Positions 20,755-30,731 of a stretch of DNA of 64,000 nucleotides are shown piece after piece. The notes beneath the pieces are model-generated. The model was not told where the DNA came from, did not search any database, and worked only from the letters and a program-made list of their open reading frames with translations. How positions within the stretch are numbered: position 1 is the first letter of the stretch; each line of letters starts with the position of its first letter. The position numbers and the translations under genes are program-made. The stretch spans positions 608,001 to 672,000 of the forward strand of contig CBDAOY010000009.1 of assembly GCA_965198225.1 (NCBI GenBank), written 5' to 3'. This stretch comes from Terriglobia bacterium (GTDB lineage Bacteria; Acidobacteriota; Terriglobia; 20CM-2-55-15).

Positions 20755-21178
20755 CCTTCTATTGCTCGCATTGCTGTTCGCGCCGCAGGCAGACACGATT
20801 ACCGTGCGGGGGCGGGTCCTGTGCCTGACCGAGGAAAAAGGCGCCTCCGAAACCCTCGGTGATCACCAACACGAATACGCCTTCAGGACAGACGGCGGCA
20901 AACTCCTCTCCCTCTTCAGGAGCATCACGTCCGAGGCCCTGTTCGTCGACGAACGGCTTCACGAGCGACACCTCGAAGTGACTGCCGGGCTCCGTGACGA
21001 CAAATCGATTGAAGTCTTCCAGATCCGCTCGATCGTCGACGGTCAACTCCATGACGTCCATTACTGGTGCGACACCTGCGCTATTCGAGCCAATTCGCCC
21101 GGGCCATGCTGGTGTTGCTATCAGCCGTTCGAGTTCAGGGAGACTCCCATCGGCCCGGCCGGGCCGATGGGAGAGTAG
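20744..21178 (+). CDS. Secreted protein with C-terminal Cys-rich metal-binding motif
   Basis: Signal peptide; YWCDTC-x6-PGPCWCC. Confidence 0.72.
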   Translation: MSISLLLLALLFAPQADTITVRGRVLCLTEEKGASETLGDHQHEYAFRTDGGKLLSLFRSITSEALFVDERLHERHLEVTAGLRDDKSIEVFQIRSIVDGQLHDVHYWCDTCAIRANSPGPCWCCYQPFEFRETPIGPAGPMGE

Positions 21179-21206
21179 TCAGTAGTCAGTTGCCAGTAGT
21201 CAGTTG
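21174..21206. repeat. Family A heptamer repeat, left arm only
   Basis: AGTAGTCAGTAGTCAGTTGCCAGTAGTCAGTTG; contains the TAG stop of the upstream gene. Confidence 0.8.
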
Positions 21207-21244
21207 AAGAGGTGAGAGTAGTCCGGCAACGGCCTACGTCTTCC

Positions 21245-22678
21245 TTACGGGAAGACGCCCGCCTGCTCGTAGTTCAGGGCCACCTTCTCTATCCCCTCGA
21301 TGAACGCGGCTGTGCGCATGGTTTCCGATGGAACCCGAGTCTTGTGGATTTCGCGCACTCTGCGATAAGCGTTCACCATGGCCTCCTCCAGGCCGGAGTT
21401 CACGAGATCGATCTCGTCGTACCCTCCGCTGAGGAGGGCTTTTGTATCGGCCGGAAAATCCTTTCCCACCATGCCTTCCAGTGATTCGAGGAGCTTCTGA
21501 TTGCGGATGTGCGTCAGGTGTTTCTGCAGACGTCCGTAGCGCATATGAGACAGATTCTTGCCCCACTCGAAATACGACACCGTTACGCCACCAGCGTTTA
21601 GATAAAGGTCGGGGATGACGTAAATGCCCTTTTCGCGGAGAACCTCCTCCGCGCCGGGCGTCGTCGGTCCGTTTGCAGCCTCAGCGACGATTTTCGCCTT
21701 GATTCGGTGGGCGTTCCGGAGCGTGATCTGGTTCTCAAGCGCCGCGGGAATCAGGACGTCGCAGTCGACATCCCAGATCGCGTCCGGGTCCGGCAGCGTC
21801 TCGGCCCCGGGGAATCCGTGCATCGATTGCGTCTCCTCCCGGAACCACTTCAACTCGTCGATATCGATGCCTTTGGGGTTCGAGATCGCGGCGCCCCACT
21901 CGCTGATGCCGGTGATCCTGCAACCCGCCTCCGCCAGAAACTTGGCCGCATGGTAGCCCACGTTGCCGAACCCCTGGAGCACAACGGATTTTCCTTCGAG
22001 CCCCGGACTCAAACCGAGCGGCGCGATATCTTCCGTGTGCTCGAAGGCCTCGCATATCCCGAAGAAGACGCCGCGCCCGGTCGCCTCCTTCCGGCCCCGA
22101 ATGCCTCCATGGCCGGTCGGCTTCCCCGTGACGCAGGCGATGTTGTCGGTGCCGCCCGGGTGGAACGCGTCGTAGGTGTCGGCGATCCAGGCCATCTCCC
22201 TCTCTCCGGTACCCATGTCGGGAGCCGGCACGTTCTCCCCGGGTCCGATGAAGTTCTTCTTGATGAGCTCGGCCGTGAACCGCCGCGTGATCTTCTCGAT
22301 CTGCTCTTCGCTGTATTTGCGCGGATCAAACCGAACGCCGCCCTTCGATCCACCGAAAGGAATGTCCACGATCGCGCACTTGAACGTCATCAGGGCCGCC
22401 AGTGCGATGATCTCGTCCTGCTCGACGAGGGGGCTGAACCGGATGCCGCCCTTGACGGGTTTGCGGTGCTGGCTGTGCTCTGCCCGCCAGCCCTGAAAAA
22501 TCTCGTAGTGGTTTCCCCCGAAACGGACGGGGAACTGGAAGAAGTAAACGCTGTTGCAGGCCCGGATCTGCGCAAGGAGCGCCGAGTGGATTTCGAGATA
22601 CCGAGCCGCTCGATCGAAATGCTCGCCGACGATCCTTCGAAGATTCAGATTCTCGGTCGCGGCCCTTGTCTTGCCCAT
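21245..22678 (-). CDS. Glu/Leu/Phe/Val dehydrogenase, probably glutamate dehydrogenase
   Basis: KGGIRF, GGSKGG, VPAPD, GFGNVG, EAANGP, NAGGVTVSYFEW. Confidence 0.93.
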   Translation of the reverse strand: MGKTRAATENLNLRRIVGEHFDRAARYLEIHSALLAQIRACNSVYFFQFPVRFGGNHYEIFQGWRAEHSQHRKPVKGGIRFSPLVEQDEIIALAALMTFKCAIVDIPFGGSKGGVRFDPRKYSEEQIEKITRRFTAELIKKNFIGPGENVPAPDMGTGEREMAWIADTYDAFHPGGTDNIACVTGKPTGHGGIRGRKEATGRGVFFGICEAFEHTEDIAPLGLSPGLEGKSVVLQGFGNVGYHAAKFLAEAGCRITGISEWGAAISNPKGIDIDELKWFREETQSMHGFPGAETLPDPDAIWDVDCDVLIPAALENQITLRNAHRIKAKIVAEAANGPTTPGAEEVLREKGIYVIPDLYLNAGGVTVSYFEWGKNLSHMRYGRLQKHLTHIRNQKLLESLEGMVGKDFPADTKALLSGGYDEIDLVNSGLEEAMVNAYRRVREIHKTRVPSETMRTAAFIEGIEKVALNYEQAGVFP

Positions 22679-22682
22679 TACA

Positions 22683-23471
22683 TCAATCTCCGATACGGAA
22701 GCCATAACCCGCACTGATGTCGATGGCCTGACCGGTGATCGCCGCCGCTTCATCGGAGCAGAGGTAGGAAACCAGCTCCGCAACCTCTTCGGGTTGGACC
22801 ATCCGCTTCAGCGCGGTGGCTCTAACGTATTCCTTCGACATCTCCTCAAAGCTCGTGCCCGTCGCCCTCGCGCGGGCGCGGATGACCGATTCGATCAGCT
22901 CTGTCTGCGTCGGCCCGGGACAGATCGCATTCACCTGTATATTATTCGGACCTAATTCCTGCGCAAGCGTTAGCGAGAGTCCGATCAGACCCCACTTCGA
23001 AGCTGCGTAGGGCGTGCGCAGCGGGTATGCCATCTTCCCGGCGATGGACGAGATGTTGATGATTCTGCCGCTTCCGGCCCGGATCATCGCCGGAGCCAGG
23101 GCGCGCGACAGGAGGAAGGGCACCCGCAGGTTGATCGCAAGCGTCTTGTCCCAGTCGCCGGGCGGGACCTCTCCGACAGGCGCGGTCGGCCCGCCGATAC
23201 CGGCGTTGTTGACCAGGATGTCTATGGAAGTGTGTGCTCCGAGCAGCGCTTCAGCCATCGCCTCCAGAGCGCGATCGTCGGTCAAGTCGATGCCGTATTT
23301 GGAAACGGTCGCGTCGTCGTCGAATTCTCGGTGGGTCCGTTCCAGGTGTTCGTCTTCGAGCGCCGCCAGCACGACATGAGCCCCGCATCGGGCTAACCGC
23401 TCCGCGATTGATCGCCCGATCCCCTGGCTGGCGCCGGTTACGAGAGCAACTTTGTCATTCAGATTCGACAT
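22683..23471 (-). CDS. SDR family oxidoreductase
   Basis: [17 protein letters not shown]. Confidence 0.92.
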   Translation of the reverse strand: MSNLNDKVALVTGASQGIGRSIAERLARCGAHVVLAALEDEHLERTHREFDDDATVSKYGIDLTDDRALEAMAEALLGAHTSIDILVNNAGIGGPTAPVGEVPPGDWDKTLAINLRVPFLLSRALAPAMIRAGSGRIINISSIAGKMAYPLRTPYAASKWGLIGLSLTLAQELGPNNIQVNAICPGPTQTELIESVIRARARATGTSFEEMSKEYVRATALKRMVQPEEVAELVSYLCSDEAAAITGQAIDISAGYGFRIGD

Positions 23472-24693
23472 GGGCTTCGGCCGCGTAGCGTGTGCGTACA
23501 TAGTCGTCGAGAATTGCGATGAATTCGTCGACGATCTTGTCTCCTTTGAGCGTCGTCATGAGTCGCGAATCCACATAGACGGGAGCCTTGGGTTCTTCGC
23601 TCGTTCCGGGCAGGGAGATTCCGATGTCGGAGTGCTTCGACTCGCCGGGTCCGTTGACGACACACCCCATGACGGCAATCTTGAGTTCTTCCACTCCGGG
23701 ATGGAGGGTCTTCCAGGTCGGCATCCGCCTATTTACATGCTGTTCGATGTCGTGTGCCATCTCCTGGAAGAGCGTGCTCGTCGTCCTGCCACAACCCGGG
23801 CAGGCCGTGACCTGCGGCGAAAAGCTGCGCATCCCCAGACTCTGCAGGATGTCCTGACAGACGCGAACCTCTTCGGTCCGGTCCCCGCCCGGTTTCGGGG
23901 TCAGGCTGACGCGGATCGTGTCTCCGATTCCTTCGTGGAGCAGAGTGGCGAGCGCCGCGGTGCTCGAGACGATTCCGCGCCGGCCCATTCCGGCCTCGGT
24001 GAGGCCGACGTGCAGGGCGCATTCCGTTTCCGAGGCCAGCTCGCGGTAGACCTTGACGAGATCCCGAACTCGGGAGACCTTGGCGCTCAGGATGATCCGG
24101 TTCCGCTCCATCCCGTATGCCGTTGCCATTTCGACCGATTGCAGCGCGCTGACGACCATCGCCTCGAGCACGACCTCGCCTGCGTCCCTCGGCGTGGCCC
24201 GCTGCCCGTTCTCGTCCATCAGGCGCGTGACGAGCCGTTGATCCAGAGAGCCCCAGTTCACTCCGACGCGCACAGGCTTGCCGTTCGCGTTGGCAACCTC
24301 GATGATCGTGCGGAAGTTGTCATCCTGCTGACGGCCCATCCCCACGTTTCCGGGATTGATGCGGTATTTCGCAAGGGCCTTCGCGCAGTCGGGAAAATCG
24401 CGAAGGAGGATGTGCCCGTTGTAGTGAAAGTCGCCGATGATCGGAACATCTATCCCGTCCTCGGCGAGACGCTGGACGATCTCGGGAACCGCGGCCGCAG
24501 CTTCCTTCGAATTGACGGTCACGCGAACCAGTTCCGAACCCGCTCGGGCCAGGGCTTCCGCCTGAGCGACGGTCGCGGTGACATCAGCGGTATCCGTGTT
24601 CGTCATCGACTGGATGACGATTGGATTGCATCCCCCGACGCGGACCCCTCCCACGTCCACAGCGAGAGATGGCCGTCTATGCAGGTCCGTCAT
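23455..24693 (-). CDS. ispG: (E)-4-hydroxy-3-methylbut-2-enyl-diphosphate synthase
   Basis: [40 protein letters not shown]. Confidence 0.96.
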   Translation of the reverse strand: MTDLHRRPSLAVDVGGVRVGGCNPIVIQSMTNTDTADVTATVAQAEALARAGSELVRVTVNSKEAAAAVPEIVQRLAEDGIDVPIIGDFHYNGHILLRDFPDCAKALAKYRINPGNVGMGRQQDDNFRTIIEVANANGKPVRVGVNWGSLDQRLVTRLMDENGQRATPRDAGEVVLEAMVVSALQSVEMATAYGMERNRIILSAKVSRVRDLVKVYRELASETECALHVGLTEAGMGRRGIVSSTAALATLLHEGIGDTIRVSLTPKPGGDRTEEVRVCQDILQSLGMRSFSPQVTACPGCGRTTSTLFQEMAHDIEQHVNRRMPTWKTLHPGVEELKIAVMGCVVNGPGESKHSDIGISLPGTSEEPKAPVYVDSRLMTTLKGDKIVDEFIAILDDYVRTRYAAEAHVESE

Positions 24694-24776
24694 AGCTGGG
24701 CCGCATTATATAACGCCTGTGTTTACAGGCCTTACAGACGACCCAAGGTACCATGCGATTGCGACGGAGAGATCCA

Positions 24777-24868
24777 GCCACGGATTGCGCGGATTTAGCG
24801 GATCAAATGTCTTCGGATAGCAGACCAGAGGCTTCTTCGAATTCCCGTAATCTGTGTAATCCGTGGCC
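24777..24868. repeat. Family B nonamer palindromic repeat, copy 2
   Basis: GCCACGGATTGCGCGGATTTAGCGGAT ... GTAATCTGTGTAATCCGTGGC. Confidence 0.82.
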
Positions 24869-24973
24869 TACAGGGCCTAAATCTAAAGCGGAAGTCGAGT
24901 AATGTTCCAATGCCGGATCCCGTGCTACATTAGGCCCGGCCACGGGCGGTGAGCGCCTTCGGTAAGCACCAGC

Positions 24974-25372
24974 ATGTTTGGAATACCTCTACACATACTG
25001 ATCGTCCATTTTCCGATCGTCCTGGCAATCGTGGCTTTCCTATACGATGCGTGGGCTTCCTATTCCGACAACCCCGCGCTCCATGCGGTGGGTTCTACAC
25101 TGACCAAATACGCCGCTCTGTCGGCAGTGATCGCGACGTCCACGGGTTTGCAGTCGGCGGGTATGAGTGGCTTGGGGAGCAGTTCGACGGTCACCGCTCA
25201 CGCGGCCGGCGGCATCCTTGCGACGATCGTCCTGGTGGCGCTGGCGATCATGCGGTACTCCTCCGAGGTGCGGGAGGAGTCCAGAGAAGCCTACTTCACT
25301 CTGTGGCTCGCGATAGGGGCGCTGGCGGCCCTCCTTATTGCGATCACAGCCCTGGGCGGTCACCGAATCTGA
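24974..25372 (+). CDS. DUF2231-like four-TM membrane protein
   Basis: PLH.LIVHFPI, TG, H, GG motifs; four hydrophobic helices. Confidence 0.75.
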   Translation: MFGIPLHILIVHFPIVLAIVAFLYDAWASYSDNPALHAVGSTLTKYAALSAVIATSTGLQSAGMSGLGSSSTVTAHAAGGILATIVLVALAIMRYSSEVREESREAYFTLWLAIGALAALLIAITALGGHRI

Positions 25373-25426
25373 GGGCATAAATCTCAAGACTTAGGATCAA
25401 GGGTCGGTCGATACGACGTCAATTCC

Positions 25427-26506
25427 ATGCCCGAACTGAGATGTAGCGAGTGCCTTCTGGAGTTTCCGCTCAGCCGTAAGACCCCCTGGTGCGACTGTGG
25501 CGGTCTGTTTGATCTCGTCTTCGAGCCTCCCTCGTTCGAGTTGGACCACGGTGAGCATTCGATGTGGCGGTACCGGGCGATGTTGCCGGTTCGGTATCGA
25601 GTCTCGATTGGTGAACCCATCACGCCGGTTGCCGAAATCGAACTTGCCGGGCGGCGCGTCGACGCGAAGTTGGATTTTCTGCTTCCGACGGGCTCCTTCA
25701 AAGACCGCGGCGCGGCGGTCTTCGTGTCTGCTCTGAAGGACGTTGGTGTAGGACGTTTCATAGAGGATTCGTCCGGTAACGCCGGCGCCTCGATGGCGAC
25801 GTACGCCGCCCGTGCCGGCATCACCTGCGAGGTTTACTGTCCCGCATCGGCCTCCGGGCCGAAGCTGGCGCAGATCGAGCGTTCTGGTGCGACGATCCAC
25901 AGGATCGTCGGCCCACGGGGGCGGGCGACGGACGCGCTGGCGGAACGAGTCGGCCCGGAATTCTACGCTTCTCACAACTGGCATCCTCTGTTCCTGCATG
26001 GGACGAAGACCCTCGCTTACGAGATAGCAGAACAGTATGGCTGGGAACCGCCGGCCCACATCGTTTCACCGGCCGGCGGCGGTGCCGTGATTCTGGGACT
26101 TCAGCTCGGTTTCGAAGAGCTTCAGAAGCTGGGAAGAATCCCGTCGACACCGCTGCTCTACGCCATCCAGGCCGAACGTTGCGCACCGCTCGTGCATGAG
26201 AGCGTGGAGCCAGGTGCCAGCCTCGCCGAAGGCATTCTGTCGCCGAATCCCCCTCGGCTGGAACGACTCAGGGCGGCGTTGGCCGGGGCCGCTGCAGTCA
26301 CGGAAAAGGAAATCGAAGAGGGTTTCGTGGCCCTGGCCCGCCAGGGCGTGCAAGTGGAACCGACGACCGCCGTGCTCTACGCGGGCGTCGAAAAGCTTCC
26401 GATTCCGGCTGACGATCCTGTCCTTGTCATTCTCACGGGGTCAGGCTTAAAATTCCTCACCGATCCGAAACAAGGAGGTTCGAATGACCAACCTTTCGAG
26501 ACGTGA
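25427..26506 (+). CDS. Threonine synthase-like PLP enzyme (fold type II)
   Basis: N-terminal CxxC..CxCGG, PTGSFKDRG, DSSGNAG, LTGSGLK. Confidence 0.88.
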   Translation: MPELRCSECLLEFPLSRKTPWCDCGGLFDLVFEPPSFELDHGEHSMWRYRAMLPVRYRVSIGEPITPVAEIELAGRRVDAKLDFLLPTGSFKDRGAAVFVSALKDVGVGRFIEDSSGNAGASMATYAARAGITCEVYCPASASGPKLAQIERSGATIHRIVGPRGRATDALAERVGPEFYASHNWHPLFLHGTKTLAYEIAEQYGWEPPAHIVSPAGGGAVILGLQLGFEELQKLGRIPSTPLLYAIQAERCAPLVHESVEPGASLAEGILSPNPPRLERLRAALAGAAAVTEKEIEEGFVALARQGVQVEPTTAVLYAGVEKLPIPADDPVLVILTGSGLKFLTDPKQGGSNDQPFET

Positions 26507-27707
26507 ATTCGGGAAAGTATTTGCCGTCGCGGCGATAGGGAACGCCACCCCGCGACAGACCAGGTACGACAGCTGGGCGGACGTTCAGGACCAGTTCACT
26601 CTGGACGAGAACCTCATCGTGATGAATGCCGCGAACCTTTGTCCTGCTCCGGCGAAGGTCAACGAGGTGCTGTTTCGCTACACGCGGGACATGGACTCGA
26701 ATCCGTCGTTTCAGAATCGCGCCAAGTTCGGCCAGGGGCGGGAAGACACCCGTGCCAGGATCGCCGCGTTTCTGAACGTCACCCCGGAGGAGATCGTCAT
26801 TACCCGAAACACGAGCGAAGGGAACAATTTCGTCAGCAGCGGCCTGGAGCTGGCAGCCGGTGACGAAGTCGTCATATTCGACGAAAACCACCCGACGAAC
26901 AATCAGTCGTGGACGGATAAGGCCGAACGGTTCGGCTTTACGGTCAAAGCCGTGTCGATCCCGACCCCGCCGCCGGGAGCGGACGCCCTCATCGAGCCGA
27001 TGGTGGCCGCGATCGGACCCCGAACCAGGGTCCTGGCGTTCACACATGTGACCAATTCTTTTGGCACGCGCTTTCCTGCCAAAGAACTCTGCGGCATCGC
27101 CCGGGAGCGAGGGATACTGACGCTCGTCGACGGCGCACAGACTTTCGGGGTTCTGAATCTGGATCTCCTGGACATGGGCTGCGATTTTTTCACCGGCAGC
27201 TCCCACAAATGGCTGATGGGACCCAAGGAGGCCGGCGTGCTCTACATGCGTAGCGACGCGCAGGAGCGTTTGGCTCCCAGCGAGGTCGGCGTCATCGGGG
27301 GACGGGTTGGGGCGTCACGCGTGTATGAAAGACTGGGACAGCGCGACGACCCGGCGATCATGGCGCTGGGCGAGGCGATCGACTTTCAGAATCGCATCGG
27401 AAAGGACCGAATCGAGAGACGGTCCCTCGGTTTGGCGACGGCGTTGAAAGATGGGCTGGGAAGGATCCCGGGAGTCCACATGTATTCTCCGACGAACCAC
27501 GAGATTTCATCCGCAGTGGTGACCTTCAGGCCAGGCGATGCCGACATCCGAAGTCTCAACGCCCGGTTGTATGAAGACTTCGGGATCGCCTGTGCGACCC
27601 GCGGTGGAAGTTCTGCCGGTTTCCGGTTCTCGCCCCACACCTACAACGATGAGCAACAGGTCGAGCGGGTCGTTCGGGCGTTTCACGACGCGATGAGGAG
27701 CGCCTAG
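26484..27707 (+). CDS. Class V aminotransferase-family PLP enzyme with Tat-like N-terminus
   Basis: SRREF; DGAQ, SSHKWLMGP, SPH.YN. Confidence 0.88.
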   Translation: MTNLSRREFGKVFAVAAIGNATPRQTRYDSWADVQDQFTLDENLIVMNAANLCPAPAKVNEVLFRYTRDMDSNPSFQNRAKFGQGREDTRARIAAFLNVTPEEIVITRNTSEGNNFVSSGLELAAGDEVVIFDENHPTNNQSWTDKAERFGFTVKAVSIPTPPPGADALIEPMVAAIGPRTRVLAFTHVTNSFGTRFPAKELCGIARERGILTLVDGAQTFGVLNLDLLDMGCDFFTGSSHKWLMGPKEAGVLYMRSDAQERLAPSEVGVIGGRVGASRVYERLGQRDDPAIMALGEAIDFQNRIGKDRIERRSLGLATALKDGLGRIPGVHMYSPTNHEISSAVVTFRPGDADIRSLNARLYEDFGIACATRGGSSAGFRFSPHTYNDEQQVERVVRAFHDAMRSA

Positions 27708-27752
27708 ACGTTTGATCGGCAGGTTCTTCGGATCAAGCGTCGCTGACCGCTG

Positions 27753-28058
27753 ATGGCTGATCGCCGGCCGCAAAAATCAAGCCCCGCAATCTACCGGCTG
27801 GTCAGCCGGATCCCGCCGGGCCGGGTTCTCTCCTATGGCGACGTTGGCCGGCTCGTGGGTGTGGGCCCCCGCCAGGTTGCGGCCGCCATGCGATCCTGCC
27901 CGCCCGGACTGGCCTGGTACCGGGTCGTCGGAAGCGGTGGTACCATTCGAACGAAGGGTGCCGCGGCCGCCGCGCAGCGGCAATGCCTGATCTCGGAGGG
28001 CGTTCGGTTCAACGGCGTCCGTTTCTCGTATCATTCATACCGTTGGAAAGGAAGATGA
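27753..28058 (+). CDS. MGMT-family alkyltransferase-like (Atl/YbaZ) protein
   Basis: IPPGRVLSYG, R.V..AM, AWYRVV (Trp in place of the catalytic Cys). Confidence 0.85.
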   Translation: MADRRPQKSSPAIYRLVSRIPPGRVLSYGDVGRLVGVGPRQVAAAMRSCPPGLAWYRVVGSGGTIRTKGAAAAAQRQCLISEGVRFNGVRFSYHSYRWKGR

Positions 28059-29494
28059 TGGGTCAATCACGGGGTTTTCGGATCGAAAAAGACTCGATGG
28101 GTGAAATGAAGGTACCCGGCCACGCGCTGTACGGCGCGCAGACGCAGCGGGCCGTAGAGAATTTTCCGATCAGCGCTCTTCGTTTTTCGCGAGAGTTCGT
28201 ACGGGCGATGGGTCTGATCAAGTTGGCTGCGGCTCAGACCAACATGCAGCTCGGCGTGGTGAACAAGAAACGGGGCGGGGCCATCGTCCGCGCGGCGCGG
28301 GAGGTCGTCGACGGCACACTGGACGACCACTTCGTGGTGGATATCTTCCAGACCGGATCGGGCACGTCGACGAACATGAACGCGAACGAGGTGATATCGA
28401 ACCGTGCGATCCAGCTGCTCGGCGGTAGGGTCGGATCCAAGGACCCCGTGCACCCGAACGACCATGTCAACATGGGGCAGTCCAGCAACGATGTAATCCC
28501 GACCGCCATGCATATCGCGGCGATGGAGTCTATCGAAGGCACGCTGATTCCCGCTCTGGAAACGCTCCGCCGCGCCCTTCGAAAGAAAGCGCGAGAGTTC
28601 GACAAGATCGTCAAGATCGGCAGGACCCACCTGCAGGATGCAACCCCGGTTCGGCTAGGCCAGGAGTTCGGGGGGTACGCGCGGCAGGTCGAACTCGGAA
28701 TCCATCGTCTCAAGAAACTTCGGGATACCCTGGGCGAACTTCCCCTCGGCGGGACGGCGGTCGGCACCGGAATCAACACCGATCCGCGATTCCCGAAGCT
28801 GACCATCCGGAACATTTCCAAATTGACCGGGCTCAAGTTTCGCGAGGCTGAGAACCATTTCGAGGCGCAAAGCGCCAAGGACGCCATCGTCGAGGCGAGC
28901 GGCGCGATGAAGACGATCGCGGCAAGCCTGACGAAGATCGCCAACGACATCCGCTGGCTGGGCTCCGGTCCACGCTGCGGAATCGGGGAGATCCTCTTAC
29001 CTGAGACTCAGCCCGGTTCGTCGATCATGCCTGGAAAGGTCAACCCCGTGATCGCGGAGTCGGTCCTCCAGGTGGCCGCACAGGTGATCGGAAACGACCT
29101 GGCGGTCCTGATGGGTGGACAGGCCGGGGTTTTTGAACTGAACGTGATGATGCCGGTCATGGCACACAACCTGCTGGAATCGATTCGCCTCCTGGCGGCA
29201 TCGGCCCTCAATTTCACTGAGCGCTGCATCGACGGCATCCAGGCCGATAGGGCGCGCGCCAGCGAGATGATCGAGAAGAGCCTCGCCATGTGCACGGCGC
29301 TGGCACCGGAGATCGGATACGATGCAGCCGCAGCCATCGCGAAGGAATCCCACATGACGGGTCGCACGGTCCGCGAGGTGACCCTTGAGAAGGGCATCCT
29401 GTCTCCCCAGCGATTGAAGGAAATACTGGACCCGCGAGGGATGACCGAGCCCGGTATCGCCGCTAAATCCGGTAGAAAGAAAACGAAACGGTAG
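28055..29494 (+). CDS. fumC: Class II fumarate hydratase
   Basis: RIEKDSMG, QTGSGTS, GRTHLQDA, GSSIMPGKVNP. Confidence 0.95.
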   Translation: MMGQSRGFRIEKDSMGEMKVPGHALYGAQTQRAVENFPISALRFSREFVRAMGLIKLAAAQTNMQLGVVNKKRGGAIVRAAREVVDGTLDDHFVVDIFQTGSGTSTNMNANEVISNRAIQLLGGRVGSKDPVHPNDHVNMGQSSNDVIPTAMHIAAMESIEGTLIPALETLRRALRKKAREFDKIVKIGRTHLQDATPVRLGQEFGGYARQVELGIHRLKKLRDTLGELPLGGTAVGTGINTDPRFPKLTIRNISKLTGLKFREAENHFEAQSAKDAIVEASGAMKTIAASLTKIANDIRWLGSGPRCGIGEILLPETQPGSSIMPGKVNPVIAESVLQVAAQVIGNDLAVLMGGQAGVFELNVMMPVMAHNLLESIRLLAASALNFTERCIDGIQADRARASEMIEKSLAMCTALAPEIGYDAAAAIAKESHMTGRTVREVTLEKGILSPQRLKEILDPRGMTEPGIAAKSGRKKTKR

Positions 29495-29507
29495 TCGAGG
29501 TATTCCA

Positions 29508-29780
29508 TTGGAAGAGAAAGATTTCTTTACCGAGAAGGACGAGGTCAAGCTCCACAGGATTCAGTGCCCATCGTGCCGGCGCGACAACGAGTACAAGATC
29601 CGCTGGCGGACTCGAACGAAGAAGAAATCGCTGCCCCGCCATGGCGACGAACGCGATCGCGCACGATTCAAAGCGGCGCGCGACTATATGGTTCGCGTCG
29701 ATGATGTGGTGCGGTGCACCACGCCGCGATGCGGGAAGCGAATCGAGATCACGTCCCTGCAATCGGTTGTAATTCTGTAG
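29508..29780 (+). CDS. Small basic protein with probable zinc ribbon
   Basis: TTG start with GAGG RBS; CPSC ... CTTPRC. Confidence 0.7.
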   Translation: MEEKDFFTEKDEVKLHRIQCPSCRRDNEYKIRWRTRTKKKSLPRHGDERDRARFKAARDYMVRVDDVVRCTTPRCGKRIEITSLQSVVIL

Positions 29781-29853
29781 CTGTGAAACGATCTGTCGTT
29801 CCTTGACCTTTCCGCATAGCAAACACATCAGTCTCTGACTTTTTTCGCTTAGT

Positions 29854-29908
29854 AAACACCCGGGGACAAGGCTATACCCCTGTCCCCCTCACAGTGGCTC
29901 TCTCGCGG
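29854..29908. repeat. About 55-bp dispersed repeat, family D; inverted copy at 40225-40278
   Basis: AAACACCCGGGGACA...CCCTGTCCCCCTCAC(A/G)GTGGCTCTCTCGCGG with internal GGGGACA/TGTCCCC hairpin. Confidence 0.85.
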
Positions 29909-29930
29909 TTCGTTTCGCCGGGCGGGCAAG

Positions 29931-29999
29931 TGTAGGTGCGGTCTATGACCGCACATTGTTCCGGGCTTGCGGGATGTGCGCTCACAGAGCGCACCTACA
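29931..29999. repeat. GTAG-type REP doublet (REPIN-like)
   Basis: GTAG-GTGCGGTC-TAT-GACCGCAC ... GTGCGCTC-ACA-GAGCGCAC-CTAC. Confidence 0.8.
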
Positions 30000-30681
30000 C
30001 CTGCGGAACGGCGTACTCCTTCGTGATGATCGTTCCGGGCTCCTCAGGATACTTCAGCAGTCCCAGCGCATCTTTCATGATCTGCAGGTGCAGTTCCGGT
30101 TGGTTCGGCGGGCCGAGGGATTGGCCCACTTCAAAGGGTTTGGGATAAAGGGCTCGCGAGGGTCCTGCTTGCTCGGAATCATCCGGCGATACCGTGACAA
30201 GAATCGTCGGAATCCCGTTGCACTCGATGGCGCGCTGAATCGTGACGACCGTCCGATGACAGAGCGGTCAGCCACCCGTGAGGATCACCGCATCGGGGCG
30301 CATTCGGGCAACCTTGTCGGCGATTTCCCAACTGGTTTCTTCCTTCAACTTTCTCAGTGCCGTGGTCAGCCCCATCGATACGTGATGTTCGGCGACCTTA
30401 CCGATCGCTCCGTCTGACCTCAGTTTGTTCAGACGGTCGACGGGGAAAACACAATTGATGTCGGCTTCAGCAGAAGAAGGATCGTAGTGTCCCGGCATGA
30501 CCCTTAGAGTTTCAGAAGCCGTTTCCGAAGGAATCATTCGGAAACTCAAATCGTTGTCGGTAAATGGTTCCATCCCGTCGGCGTAGACGCCGGAGGTTGT
30601 GACCAACCCGATGCGCGATTCTTCCAGCTTTCGCTTGAAAGGGGTGTATGGGATGCAGGCTCTGGCGATCTGGATAGGCAT
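29995..30681 (-). CDS. PrdB-like (proline/glycine reductase selenoprotein B family) selenoprotein; UGA=Sec at 30268-30270
   Basis: Read-through gives ...ILTGG-U-PLCHRTVVTIQRAIECNGIPTILV...EYAVPQV*, matching the clostridial PrdB motif TAGUGTCHRSAVIVQRAIEEAGIPT as recalled. Confidence 0.88.
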
Positions 30682-30731
30682 TCGAGAGATGGTGGGACGG
30701 GCGAGCGCGAAACTCGCCCACCAGATAAGGG

